64,000 nt of DNA from Tubulanus polymorphus (GCF_964204645.1 NC_134031.1:11100088-11164087); one strand, 5' to 3'; positions 11,294 through 24,309 are shown, numbered from the stretch's first letter. The notes: generated by a model not told the origin, from the sequence alone. Made by a program: numbers and translations.

Positions 11294-12281
11294 ATTCAGT
11301 AAAACTTTTCCCGTCCAGATTTTGAAACATCATTTGACTCAATTTTTCCTCCTAGAAAATTGCTTTAGCTCATTCCAATGTTCGCAGTTAAATTGAATTG
11401 TAGCATGTATGATTCCCATCCATCAATTTTGTCTTGTTTTGTATTTTTAGCGAAATCATCTCGAAAAAGACTGACGTCAAGGCAGGTGGTGGCCAGAAAA
11501 AGAAATATTCTTGGGAAATATTTAAAGACGCATGGCAAACACACTTATTGTTCACTTTTTCCAATCCTTATTTTGAAATTGAAGTATTGTAATTAACTAT
11601 TGATTTATTTTTCTTGATCAACGCAACTAGTTTTGTTGTTTTCTTTCTTAATTTACATTTGATTTGACAATTTCTGTCCATATCACGTTGATTCGGCTCG
11701 AAATCTTGAGGAAATGTAGCCAACGTAAATTGATTTACGAATAGAATTAATCAATTGACTCATTTTAGAAATCATGGTTTCGTGAAATTCATTAAAGTCC
11801 TAAAACTCGCGATAAACTTTAAGCCGAAAATGATTTCAACCATCCACCAAAAAAATTGTTGCGCGCCGGCACTGTACTGATATGTGTCCTGCCTGAATGC
11901 ATGGTTTCACTAGGATTCGAACCCTCAATCTCTCACTTGGGAGTCAAACACCTTATCCACCCTGCCACAGGACAGGACGCGTCTTTTATCGTTAGTGGGA
12001 GTACGCGACACGGCGAGTGGCGATTGCTACTATCATCCGGTGTTATCTTACAGTAAGTAATTTTAAGTTTAAAATAGGATAGAGAGTGCATAGATAGAAT
12101 CTACGCGGAAAGAATGAGTGTTATATTACTATCACAATTCTAAATTTCGATTAGAAGCTGTTAGTTGTCGAATCTGATAGAAGATGAATTTTATGTGCGA
12201 AAAAAAGTGGAAAATATGTAAATAATAATAATAATCAACAGAATTACAAGAGGGTTTTCGATGAAAGTCAGAAAACCCTAA
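11294..12281 (-). mobile_element. host non-autonomous Helentron/DINE-1-like element
   Basis: end palindrome AGGGTTTTC..GAAAACCCT next to a (TTA)n tract; inverted copy at 34382-34998 plus 36612-36981. Confidence 0.6.
11902..11973 (-). pseudogene. tRNA-derived (SINE-head-like) sequence inside the host repeat
   Basis: A box TGGCAGGGTGG, B box GGTTCGAATCC, CTCCCAA loop; acceptor stem does not pair. Confidence 0.65.
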
Positions 12282-12372
12282 TGATGATGATTATAAACCT
12301 ATTATACCAGAAAATAAGTCAAATGTTAAAGTCATTAAAAATAAATCTAAATTATTATTAACGGATTAAAAT

Positions 12373-13440
12373 ATGATGAAAAAAGAACAATATCTAAGAG
12401 ATTTATATTATAACCCAGAGAGTGAAGTATCATATTCTAGTGTTTCAGAATTATGGGATAAAATAAAATTTGATAATGAAAAAATAAAATATAGTGAACT
12501 ACGATTATGGTTACAAAATCAACCAACATATCAAATCCATAAGAAAATGGATACAAATTATTTAACAAAAAAAGTTATGGTTTCATATATCGATCAACAA
12601 TGGCAAGCAGATTTAATTGACATGAAGAACTTAGAAGAATACATCAATGGCTATTTCTGGATACTGAATGTTATAGATATATTCAGTAGATACGCATGGA
12701 GTATACCAATCAAAAATAAAACTGGTATAGAAGTTACTAATGCATTTAAAGAAGCTATTCCAGGTAAGATACAATTTGATGAAGGTAAGGAATTTTATAA
12801 TAAATATTTAAAAAAATTATTATCTGATAACAATATAGAGTATTTTTCAACACACTCAGATAAAAAAGCATCTATTATAGAAAGATTTAATAAAACATTG
12901 AAAACTAGAATGTGGAAATATTTTACTGCTAATGAAACATATAAATATATCGATGTGTTAGATGATTTAGTGAAAGGTTATAGTAATTCTAAACATAGTT
13001 CTATAAATATGAAACCTATACAAGCTAGAAAAGAAGATAATTCAGAAATAGTTTGGAATAATTTATATGGTGCATTTGTTACACATGATTTTGGAGAACC
13101 TAAATTTAAAATTGGTCAACATGTTAGAATATCTAAATATCGAAAAACATTTTATAAAGGTTATACTCCAAATTTTACCCAAGAAATATTTGAAATTAAA
13201 AAGATAATATTAACTAAACCATTTGTTTATGAATAAGAAGATTTAAAAGATGAAGAAATATTAGGTTATTCTTATGAACAAGAATTATCACTTGTACCAA
13301 ATCCAGATGAAATAGAATACAAAATAGAAAAAGTATTGAAAAAAAAAATCTTAAAGGAAAAAAGTATTCTTTAGTGAAATATAAAGGGTACGATGATAAA
13401 TTTAATGAATGGATTTTATCTAGTAAAATTAAAAGATTAA
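12373..13440 (+). pseudogene. rve integrase plus chromodomain, family A copy 2 (stop at 13234, then frameshift)
   Basis: DDE motifs as in 7222-8192. Confidence 0.9.
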
Positions 13441-14038
13441 ATGAATAAAGATTTATTTATATTTGAACCGCATAATATTTTAGTAACTGGTGGTAACACA
13501 TTTCATGTTAGATTTGTTAGAAACTATTTATAAGAATCATTTTGATAATATAATATTATTCTGACCTACTCATGAAATGAATAAAGCATATAATAGGGAT
13601 ATAGTTAAGATTAAAAAGTTTATTATATTAGATCCTAAAACAGTAAAAGAAAATTTAGATAATTGTATAAAAATAGCAATTGATATTTATAAAGGATCAA
13701 ATACATTATTCATCGTGGATGATTGTGCTAATTTACATGATTCAAAAATGCGAGAAAGTGAGTTATATTATTTAGCTTTTTCTGGAAGACATTTTGGGAT
13801 AACAACCTGGGTTTTAAATCAAAAATATAATTCAATTGTAAAAGATTTTAGAGAAAACATTAGATTTTTAGTTTTATTCTACAATAAAGATAAAAAATCT
13901 ATGCACCAATCTCTGGAAGAAAATCAAATTATACCTACTGACTTACATGATGAATATATGAATAAATTAAAAAGTGATAAAGGTTCCAAATTACTTCTGA
14001 GACTACAATATCCATATGAATATAAATTTATAAAATAA
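13441..14038 (+). pseudogene. packaging ATPase, family A copy 2 (Walker A partly deleted)
   Basis: LFIVDDCA, GRHFGITTWVLNQKY. Confidence 0.85.
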
Positions 14039-14333
14039 AATCATAATTTAAGTATTTATGTATTAGATACGTATTAGGTGCCTTAATACTTAAAATTTGA
14101 AATATTATAGAATTTTTAATTGTGTATGAGTGGACGAGTCGACGAATTGGACGAAATGGACAAGGGTAACATATGTAATTTATATATGTATTTTATTTAA
14201 AAAACAGTACGAGTTTGATATTAACTTATTTTATCAATTTATGCTATATTTAAATATTATTTTAATAAAATATAAAAAAGACATAGGGGTTTATTTCAAA
14301 TAAGACCCCCTGTCGTACACTCGTACACTCGTA

Positions 14334-14630
14334 CGATGTAAGACAACATCGATCTCTTAGCTGATAAAAGAGTAATTAGTTCAAAGTTCGATTAATTCTA
14401 CTACAGAAATACAAAACCAACAAGCCAGCTTTCAGTACAACCATGTCAGCAAGCCCATTTTTAGAATTTCTTTCTTGTTCTATTTTATAGTTAGAGGTAG
14501 ATTCTGTTACATCTTCTTTTTTTGTTTCAATATAATCTTCTATTTTAGGTTCAACATTATTTTCTATTTTAGTATCAATATTATTTTCTATTTTAGTATC
14601 AATATTATTTTCTATTTTTGTTTCAATATT
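14334..14630 (-). pseudogene. 3' half of acidic-repeat gene split by the family B insertion
   Basis: matches ~32985-33280; 5' half is at 30752-30918. Confidence 0.85.
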
Positions 14631-14694
14631 AATAATTAGAAGATGGCGTTTTAAGCCCAGAGTACTAGAGTACTAGCTCTCATCACCACAAGTC
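14631..14694 (+). repeat. family B TIR (contains YY1-like AAGATGGCG)
   Basis: inverted match to 30702-30751. Confidence 0.9.
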
Positions 14695-14941
14695 TTATCA
14701 CAGCTAGGCGCTAGTGAGAACGGACGATTGCTCTGTGATAAACATATACAGTGAGTGCGCGTAACAACAACTGCGCGTGGATAGATCGATACAGCGAGGT
14801 GCTACTGAAAACGGTTATTAACGTGTGTGTTATTACTGTAGTACAGTGATTGCGTGTCAACTGTGCCCGGATAAATAGATGCTGTGAGGCACAAAAAACA
14901 ATTTGAAATGAAAAAGTAATTTTTTGCTTTTTTCTAAAATA

Positions 14942-15307
14942 TTAATCCATTTTTTGTATCGTCAATTTTGGAATTTCAGAAGTATTTTCATTTTTGATAG
15001 CAGTTGTTTCAGAATTATAAATATGATGAATTTTATTTGATTTCTTATACCAATTACGCCCAATCAAAATGAATACAATTACAAATCCAACTGTAAAATA
15101 TAAATATTTATCAAATATTCTATTACCAGAAGGAGTAGAAATAACAATATTTTCACAATTATAAAAATTTTTATTATTTATTCCTTCTTTTTTAGCTTTT
15201 TTATATTCTTGTGATTTAATTCCTAATTGCCGAGACCATTCATTTTGTTTCGGACTTCTCAGGTTTTTCTTCACAGTTAATTCCTTCACTTCTTCTACTT
15301 CGCGCAT
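14942..15307 (-). CDS. single-TM basic protein (121 aa)
   Basis: RSPKQNEWSRQLG similar to RSEKQIKWAKELG of 46668-47030; TAAATG start. Confidence 0.75.
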   Translation of the reverse strand: MREVEEVKELTVKKNLRSPKQNEWSRQLGIKSQEYKKAKKEGINNKNFYNCENIVISTPSGNRIFDKYLYFTVGFVIVFILIGRNWYKKSNKIHHIYNSETTAIKNENTSEIPKLTIQKMD

Positions 15308-15845
15308 TTATTGTAGAACAATTTTTACTTTCAATATTCGAAAATGTTATAACTCCAGTTGATAATAATGTCATAAATCCACCTAATTGAAATGATAAAT
15401 ATCCAATCCATTTATTTAATTCGGTCATAACTAAATAATCATTTTTTAAATCGGAATATAATCTATTTTCATCTTGAATTGGTAGCATATAATTACATAA
15501 TTTACTATAACCTTTTACTTCATTTTCTGATATCGCGTCATTAATTCTAGCTATTCTCGCAGTTTCATGAATCTTAAATAATTTAATAATTTCATCCGAT
15601 TTCATTGTATCTAATTCATTATAAGTTAAATTTTTACTAATAAAACTTTTACATTTCCCAGATGCTATTAATATTTCTAATTGATGTTTACAATAAAGAT
15701 AATATTCATAATTATTATTTGTTGTAACATTATTTAAAGCACCATCATCTGGAGTTAATTTTGTTTCTGTTATTCCTAAATCATTTAAAGTTTTTTCAAT
15801 TGGAACATCACCATTTTTAGATTTTATTTTCTTTTTACCTCCCAT
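15240..15845 (-). CDS. conserved Polinton hypothetical protein (201 aa)
   Basis: intact ORF; homologs in A copies. Confidence 0.8.
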   Translation of the reverse strand: MGGKKKIKSKNGDVPIEKTLNDLGITETKLTPDDGALNNVTTNNNYEYYLYCKHQLEILIASGKCKSFISKNLTYNELDTMKSDEIIKLFKIHETARIARINDAISENEVKGYSKLCNYMLPIQDENRLYSDLKNDYLVMTELNKWIGYLSFQLGGFMTLLSTGVITFSNIESKNCSTINARSRRSEGINCEEKPEKSETK

Positions 15846-15879
15846 TTATATAACGAAAAAAAATTAGTTGTGATGTTGC

Positions 15880-16151
15880 AACTAGCATTTAACTAGAATG
15901 TAACTAAAAATCAACTAGATCAACAAACTAGTTGAATTATTATTGTTTTTATTTATTTCTTGTTAAATCTAGATGATTTTTGTTCCAACTACCAATAACT
16001 AGAATTCAACTAGAATGTAACTAAAAATATACTAGATTAACAAGCTAGTTAAAATATTGTTGTTTTTATTTATTTTTTGTTTCAACTACCAATAACTAGA
16101 ATTCAACTAGAATGTAACTAAATATGTAATAGATTAACAAGCTAGTTGAAT
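15880..16151. repeat. imperfect ~100-bp tandem repeat rich in AACTAG
   Basis: repeated CAACTACCAATAACTAGAATTCAACTAGAATGTAACTAAA. Confidence 0.75.
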
Positions 16152-16761
16152 TTAAATAAATTCATATTTAAATGGGTGCTGTAATCGAAATAGTAATTTT
16201 GATCTTTTATTATTTTTCAATTTATCCATATATTCATTATGTAAATCATGGGGAATAATATCATTTTCCTCAAGCGCATTTTTCATCGATTTTCTATCTT
16301 TATTGTAGAACAAAACTAAAAATCTAATGTTTTCTCTAAAATCTTTAACAATTGAATTATATTTTTGATTTAAAACCCAAGTTGTTATCCTAAAATGTCT
16401 ACCAGAAAAAAGCTAAATAACATAACTCACTTTCTCTAACTTTTGAATCATGTAAATTTGCGCAATCATCTATAATGAATAATGTATTTGATCCTTTATA
16501 TACATCAATTGCTATTTTAATACAATTATCTAAATTTTCTTTTACTGTTTTAGGATCTAATATAATAAATTTATTATTTTTAGTAATATTTCTATCATAA
16601 GTTTGATTAAATTCATATGTTGGACAAAATAATACTATATTATCAAAATAGTTTTTATAAACAGTTTCTAATAAATTTAATATAAAATAAGTTTTTCCAC
16701 AATTTTTTACACCAGAAATTAACATATTATGAGGCTCAAATATAAATAATTCCTTATTCAT
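16152..16761 (-). pseudogene. packaging ATPase, family B (frameshift near 16400)
   Basis: GVKNCGKT, LFIIDDCA. Confidence 0.9.
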
Positions 16762-17892
16762 TTATATATTTTTAATTTTACTTGATAATATCCATTCATT
16801 GAATTTATTTGGCCATGCAACCCATTGTACTAAAGAATATTTTTTTCTTTAAACAGTTTTTGTTTTTAATACTTTTTCAATTTTATATTCTTGTTCTAGA
16901 TTTTCAGTAGTTAAACTCAATTCTTCTTCATAAAAATACCCATCAACTTCTTCACCATTTAAATCTTCTTATGTATAGACATATGGTTTTGTTGTTATTA
17001 CCTTTTTCATTTTATATATTTCTCTAGTATATATTTCTCGATCGTATCCTTTATCAAATATCTTTTTATACTTAGAAATTCTAAAATTTTGACCAACTTT
17101 AAATTTAGGTTCACTAAAATTATCTACAAGAAATGCTCCATATAAATTATTCCAAATAATTTCAGCATTTTCAGGTTTTCTAGCATCAACAGGTTTCATT
17201 CCAATAGAAGAATGATAAGAATTATTATATCCTTCCATCAATTTTCGTAAAACATCAATCCATTTAAAAGTATTATTTGCTGTAAAATATTTCCACATTC
17301 TTGATCTTAATGTTCTATTAAATCGTTCAACAACTGCTGCTTTTTTATCCGATTTTGTTGAAAAATATTTAATATTATGATTGTCTAAGAGTTCATGAAC
17401 AAGTGAATTATCAAATTCTTTTCAATCATCAAATTGTATTTTTTCTGGTTTTAGTTTATCATCCGAAAGAAATTTTCTTAAAACATTTGATGTTTGTACA
17501 GCATCTTTTCTATAAAGTGGGAAGCTCCATACATAACGACTAAAAATATCAATTATATTCAATAACCACCAATAATCATCATTATCTTTCTTAACATTTT
17601 TCATATCAATTAAATCTCCTTGCCACTGTTGATCTACATAACTTACCATAGTTTTACGAGTTTTATATTTTCTAACAATTTTTTTATGTGTTGTATATGT
17701 TGGTTGTACTAACATAAATTCATTTATATCTTTATATTTAACTAAATTTTGTGGGAATATCTTATCTAATTTATCTTGTTTTACTTGACGCCATATATTT
17801 TTGGTAGAAGAATAAGCAACTGAACTCTCAGGGTTGTAATATAAATTTCTTAAATATTGTTCTTTAGTATTAGGAGTTTTTTTACCACCCAT
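16762..17892 (-). pseudogene. rve integrase plus chromodomain, family B (in-frame stops)
   Basis: WQGDLIDM, IDIFSRY, IQFDD, VERFNRTLR. Confidence 0.9.
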
Positions 17893-17922
17893 TTATATAT
17901 CGTTAATTTTAACTTTATATTT

Positions 17923-19170
17923 CTAATATTGAATACTATCTAATTGTGAATTTACAATATTTAATTGTGCGTCAGATATAATATAAATGTGCATTTTGAA
18001 ATTTAAGCTTCCTTTTTTCTTTTTCATAAATAATTGTATTCCATCTTTAGTGTTCTGTAGTTTTTTCCCAAAACCATGTAATGAATTATCCTCTGTTGTT
18101 CTAAAATCTAACCATAATGCATATTTATTGCCGGCATAATTATCAATTTGATTAATATTACAATTTTCAGATGATTTTACTTTTTCATTCATAAAATGTT
18201 TTCTAATTTCTGGCCATTGATCTATCATTCTCATTCCTTGACAAAATATTTTATTTGCTATTCCTTCGATAGTTATTTCTACTTTTGTTATTTCAGGATT
18301 ATAATAATTATCTACCTTTATTGCACCATTAGAATATGTTGCAATGGTAAAAAATATTAATATACTTTTAATAGATCTTCTTGGGGAGTTAATATTCTCA
18401 TTAATAATTTCATCATTTGCATTAATAGTTACGGTTTTAAATTTATCAATATAATCATTGAATAATGAAAATCCTTGATTGTATTGAGTTTGAATTGTAT
18501 TAGGAATATTTTCATTAGTTACTTTATTATATTCTAAACATATATTCGATAATTTATAACCCATATCTTTATTAACGCTAGATAATACAATTTCATTTAC
18601 AGGAGCAAATGTTATTTCGAATATAATATCTTCTTGAATTGCGTATTTATATAAAGGCGCATTATTATTTATCAATTCAAAGTCTAATGGAATTTTATAT
18701 TTGCTTCCATAAATCTTTTTTATCAAATTATCTGTAGCATTAGTTACTATTTCGTCATTAGCTCCTGATCTTAATTTATTTTGGTTTTCCGATTGAATGC
18801 CTTGAAATATCATATTATTTCTATTTTCTTTAGTTAACCATAAATCTTTATAATGTATAAATAAATTATAATCATCTAATGAGAAAACTGTTTCTGGGCC
18901 GATCTTTATAGTTAATTTTTTAATCAAATATCTTCCAACATTATCAACAACATAATTATTATTATTACTGGATACTTTTATATCGGCTGATAAATAAATA
19001 CTATTTGGAACATAAAAAGTATTTTGTGTTAATCTGGGGATTCTAACATATAAAGTTTCATCAGGATTAATATTAGAAGGATTATGAGTAATTATATGAT
19101 GTGATCTTTCTGCTTTAATAGCATTAGATATCCTATGATTCTTAGAAGGATTGATATAACTCCAACTCAT
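17923..19170 (-). CDS. major capsid protein (double jelly-roll), intact 415 aa
   Basis: size, beta-rich pattern, position and conservation across copies (ITHNPSNI, YALWLDFRT, HIYIISDAQLNI). Confidence 0.8.
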   Translation of the reverse strand: MSWSYINPSKNHRISNAIKAERSHHIITHNPSNINPDETLYVRIPRLTQNTFYVPNSIYLSADIKVSSNNNNYVVDNVGRYLIKKLTIKIGPETVFSLDDYNLFIHYKDLWLTKENRNNMIFQGIQSENQNKLRSGANDEIVTNATDNLIKKIYGSKYKIPLDFELINNNAPLYKYAIQEDIIFEITFAPVNEIVLSSVNKDMGYKLSNICLEYNKVTNENIPNTIQTQYNQGFSLFNDYIDKFKTVTINANDEIINENINSPRRSIKSILIFFTIATYSNGAIKVDNYYNPEITKVEITIEGIANKIFCQGMRMIDQWPEIRKHFMNEKVKSSENCNINQIDNYAGNKYALWLDFRTTEDNSLHGFGKKLQNTKDGIQLFMKKKKGSLNFKMHIYIISDAQLNIVNSQLDSIQY

Positions 19171-19189
19171 TTATTTAACAAAAAAATTA

Positions 19190-20648
19190 ATTATTTATTT
19201 TTGATTATGTTTATTTTTTATTATTTTTTCTTGATATCTTTTTGATATCATATTCACTAACCCCAAAAAAATTGCACTTACAACTGTAATTAAAAATAAA
19301 ATAATATGTTCAGCAGCAAAGTTAAGAATATTCCCAGTAGATTTCAATATAAAACCAACAATTGATGCAATAACTCCGGGTAATGCTGCAGAAGATTTTG
19401 TAGATAGTTCCCATAAAATTTCTTTAAACCATCCTTAACTTTATCTTTTATAGAATTATTATGATTCGGGGGTTTATCCGGTTTATTGGGAGTAGGAGTA
19501 GATTTCAGTGAATTTGATATAACTAAACCAATTGTTGTGAATACCATAGTTACAGCCGTTAGAATTGAAAGAATTGTTATTCCTTCTAATTTAGATAATA
19601 ATTTTATTCTATCTTTCAATGATATTTTAGAATCTGGTTTTATCAACAAATCTTTAAAAACATATTTTAATCTTTTAAAATTATTACCAAATTCTGTTAA
19701 TAATATATCTCTTTCACCTTTCTGTACTTCTACATTATCTTTTAAATTATCAATTTCTTTTTCTAAACGTAATTCTTTTTGCTTATATTCTATTTCATCA
19801 ATTACTTGATGATCTAAATCAGACTTTAATTGTTCTATTTCTTCATTTGCATTAGTTAATTCTTTTTCCAAATACATAATTTTTTGATATCTTATACTTT
19901 TATTATGCGCAATTTTATCAGCATCATTTCTTATACTAATAATTTCTCTAATTGCTTCATTAGAAAATATATCTAAATCTTCTAATTCTTGATCTGTTGC
20001 ATCAAGTAATCCATTTGGTAAAAGTTTTTCAATTGGTACTTTATTTGATTTAAGTTTACCAGAAGTTGTTTCTGGTTCTAAATTATTATTGATTGTTTCA
20101 AATAATTCATTAATTCTTTGTTTAAATAATTTTTTATTTTGTTTTATTTTTTCTTGTGTTACATTTTCTATTTCATTATCAATACTTATTTTTTTTATTC
20201 TATCTGGTTCTAATTTTTCCAAAGTTGATTCTGCTAATATTTTGTTTTGATTTTTATAAGAGATATCAATATAATAATCTTTTTCCAAACGATAATAATA
20301 TTCACCATCTAAGAATTCTAAATCTTCTACTAAAAGTCTAGCGCCTCTAGCATTTATATTATATCCAGATTTTTCAAATATAGGTTTGAATTTATGAATA
20401 TATTCAATATATTCTAAATCTTGTCTTACTAAATCTGGATTTACATTTTCCGGATTTATTCTCGATATAGTTTTTTTAACAAAATCATCTGTTGATAGTC
20501 CTTTATAACCACTATCTGTTAAATTAGAATTATATGATGATTCATTATCAATATTAGTTTCTGCATCATTATAATCATCATCAATATATCCTTCATTATT
20601 ATTTTCCATTTCTCCCATTTCATAATCTTCTACACCTTCTAAATCAAT
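19190..20648 (-). pseudogene. acidic/coiled-coil protein with C-terminal TM helices
   Basis: ORF 19344-20618 with a frameshifted tail; homolog 5159-6701. Confidence 0.75.
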
Positions 20649-20664
20649 TTACATAATAAAAAAA

Positions 20665-21966
20665 TTAAAATTTAAAATATAATATTCCTCCGATTACAAT
20701 TCCTATACAAGTTAAAGCTAATTTAGCATTTTCATGGGATTTATTATCATTATCAGTTTTAATTATTTCATGTTGAATATTATCAGTTTTAATATTTTCT
20801 GTAGTATTGTAATCTTTTATTTTAGAATCATTATTTAATTTAATATTATTAGTTTTAGTTTCTGTTGATTGAATATGTTTTTTATTTTTTTCACCTTCCA
20901 TTAATTTTGGAGCAGTAATTATCTTTTTATTTATATCATTTAATCCAAATGAATTATTTATTGTTGCAGTTTTAATTAGATTATTATAACCAATTATATT
21001 TCCCATCTTTAATACTAAATCATTACAAATAATTAATAGATTAGGGCCTATACAATAATTTAATCTAATACGTGATTTATCTAAATAATTTTGATATCTT
21101 ACAAGGTTTTCTGGAATCGATCTATTTTTATCATTATGAATAGAATCTTCAAATAATACTTTGAATTGTTTCTGCGCATCAAATGAAGTACTATCATTGC
21201 CAACTATTGGTGATCTTGTTTCAACTTGTGCACCTAAAATACAAATTAAATAAGTTCTAATTGATTGATTTATTCTTTGTATACCAGGTTTTGTAAAACC
21301 TTCACCATTATCTATAATAAAATTATTCCAACCATCATCATTATCGATTTTATAATTATGATAAGCTGAAATTCTATGCATATAATCAATTCTTTTTATT
21401 TCATACTCTTCACCTATACCTTGCAATTTACCATGCGCTCTAAAATCGGAATTAATATTTATATTAAATTCATTACATATTTTATAAAACTTAGATAGAT
21501 TAATATTATCATCCAATTCTTTAAAATATTCCGATCCAGGTAAAGGACATTCTTATTCATTTAATATAATTCTAATTTGAAAGTATGTATGAAATCTAAA
21601 TATTGTATGAATGAATTTTAAATCTGAATAAGACAAATTGTTATATAAATTATTCAAGTGATCATTCCAACTTATACGACACCCTGTTGTTGCACAATAA
21701 ACAGCAAAATTTAATTGATTCTGCCAATATTTCATATTAGATTTTATTTTATATATATTATAATCATCTCGAGTAAAAGTAACTTCGTATGTATTAAATA
21801 TGTTTTCCATTCTAGAAATGAAAAACTTTGTTTCAGTAACATAAATTTCTAAATTAATTAATGAAGGTAAAACTACATTTTTATATGTTATAATACTATT
21901 AAAATCTATAGGTGGAATTAAATATCTATATGAATTATTATATTGGAAAGCTTTTGGAAACCCCAT
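20665..21966 (-). pseudogene. conserved Polinton protein (QLNFAVYCATTGC), one internal stop
   Basis: ORFs 21553-21966 and 20665-21516 are in frame. Confidence 0.8.
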
Positions 21967-21982
21967 TTATATAATTAAAAAA

Positions 21983-22417
21983 TTAATAATTCATTAATTC
22001 TTTTAATAATTTATCTTGTTCTTCAACTGTTATATGGCCATTTAAACTTATTATATAATCTAGTGTATTATTCAATTTATTAATTTTTTTTATATTAGTT
22101 TTAATTTTTTCTTTATTACTTTTTATATTTAATTTTGAACTTATACCAGTTAAAACACTTGATGATAATCCTAACACGCCAATTGATAAAGCTAAAGGTG
22201 TTAATGGTGAGAATATTGCTAGAAATGTTATTACAGAACTAATTGTAACTGAACTACTAATAATAAGATAATATATAATTTTACTTTTTAAATATTTTTT
22301 CTTTTTTATCTTTAAGTCACTTTCAAATTCTAATATTTATTTTTCTAAATATATTTTTAATTTAGTTTTATTTATATCATGAGGAATAATATCAATATTA
22401 TCAACTTTATCATCCAT
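21983..22417 (-). pseudogene. two-TM coiled-coil protein
   Basis: homolog 3328-3762. Confidence 0.7.
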
Positions 22418-22436
22418 TTATTTAACAAAAAAATTA

Positions 22437-22859
22437 CTAATTAGTAAATTTATATGCAACAAATATAACAATAACTGTTCCACCTAAAATCCAAATTGTT
22501 TCATATTTCTGTTGTTCTTAAATTGGGGTATAATAATCTAATTATTTAGGTTTGTATAACTGTAATTTTTCTTTATTGGTTACCGCGTTATATAAACTCA
22601 TTGCATCATCAACTGATTGAAAATCTCTATGTGAAATCTTCTGATCATATAATTCTTTGTTAATATAATCCATATAGTTTTGCCTCTTTTCTCTGTATTC
22701 TTCTGCTGCTTTATTGTATTTCTCTAATGCTAAGTTATGTCTTTTTTGTTCTTCTAATGAACTATTTTTATCTATATGCCTAAATAAATAACTACCACCA
22801 GTAAATGCTAAAGCGTTAACAATTGTTGTTCCTATAATAGTTAGAATTACAGAAGCCAT
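22437..22859 (-). pseudogene. membrane protein, premature stop
   Basis: homolog 2877-3300. Confidence 0.7.
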
Positions 22860-22884
22860 TTATTTAGCAAAAAAATTATGTAAT

Positions 22885-23105
22885 TTTATAGGAGGAATAT
22901 ATTTTTATTTTTCCAAATAATCAGTAGTTAAATTAGATAAAGTGACTGCTAATGTTAATTTTAAGATATCATTTATATCAAATCTATCAACATTAACACT
23001 TCCCATTTTTAATACTTTTTTAAATACCATTGAATAACCAACAGTTCCAACTGATAGTAATGCTCCATTATATAATCCAGTTATTATCCACTTATTATCA
23101 CTCAT
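22885..23105 (-). pseudogene. small hydrophobic protein
   Basis: homolog 2631-2852. Confidence 0.7.
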
Positions 23106-23112
23106 TTATTTA

Positions 23113-23466
23113 TCAAAAAATTACTATTATTTCTTCAAAATATTTAGTTATCTTAGTGATGATTAATTCAACATTTATTTCATTACTAGTTTCATTTGTA
23201 TATATTTCAAATATTATTTTTTTAATATCATCGATGATAAAATCTTCATCTAATTCATAAAATCTTAAAGATTCTCTAATTAAATGAGTAATCTTTTCTA
23301 CATTTAAAGTTTCTTTATCTATTGTTGTTTCATACTCAAATGTTGTTTCATTAAAAAATGCAATATTTTTAATATGTATAATTACATCATCAATGTTAAA
23401 TTTCATTTCTTTCTCACGTTTAAAATCAAATCCAAAACATATACTCGGTCCAACGGTTATATTCAT
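23113..23466 (-). CDS. conserved hypothetical protein (117 aa)
   Basis: homolog 2289-2630. Confidence 0.75.
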   Translation of the reverse strand: MNITVGPSICFGFDFKREKEMKFNIDDVIIHIKNIAFFNETTFEYETTIDKETLNVEKITHLIRESLRFYELDEDFIIDDIKKIIFEIYTNETSNEINVELIITKITKYFEEIIVIF

Positions 23467-23482
23467 TTATATAATGAAAAAA

Positions 23483-24240
23483 TTACTCTCTACATCTTAT
23501 AACTAATTCATATATCACAGGAAAGTTATTTAAATCAATTAAATATCCATTATGAATTCTTATTTCTAACTTAAAATTGTTAAAACTCGAAATACAAGGT
23601 TTAAATCACATTCTGTTAAATTATAATCTATTTGTGTTCAAAATTGTTTAACATTTTTTAATGGTAAAATATTTAATATACTAGAATTGCAAGTTTAATC
23701 TTTAGTTGCTTCGAATGTTTTTGTAACATCAATTAAATTGCAATAAATATAAAAGTGTGTGTAAGGTATTATATTTGAATTACCTTCTATGTTTCTTGTA
23801 ATATTATGCGGGCTAATTCCTAACAGTTTAGCTAAAGGTTTTCTTACTAAAAATGCGCATTTGTTAGCATCATCTAACTTTATTTTAATTTTATCAGAAC
23901 TATCACTTTTTGAAAATCTAATGTTAAATCTGGTATCACTTTCTAATTTAACTCGAGCTTTTTTATTAATTTCTTGCGCTAATGTATCTAAATTATATAA
24001 TCCTGGTTTAAGATAAAGATGAAACCATTTACTTTTATTAGTATCATGAACTAAAAAGACTTTATGTTCAAGACTTTTATTCGATATATTACGAAAAGAA
24101 TTACATAAACTTATATTTACTAATTTCAAATCTACACAATTTCTAAATTCTCTATCTAATTGTACTAATAAATTATGAGATTTATAATTTGTAAGTTTTC
24201 TTGAATCAACAAATATTCTATATTCTTTTAATTCTACCAT
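23483..24240 (-). pseudogene. minor capsid protein (penton), disrupted
   Basis: homolog 63003-63758; stop at 23695. Confidence 0.8.
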
Positions 24241-24309
24241 TTATTTATAACATAAAAAAATTACCGCTCATCACTAAAAATTAACTTTAATAAAATTTTT
24301 CCTAAATAA

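Noticed and set aside
11902-11973. Functional tRNA-Gly(CCC), also at 34694-34764
   Set aside because: Acceptor and anticodon stems do not pair and it sits in a dispersed repeat; called tRNA-derived instead
11378-12056. ORFs in the host repeat (also 36699-37049, 36721-36978) and short ORFs at 35.3-36.6 kb and 50845
   Set aside because: No motifs; frames not conserved between repeat copies
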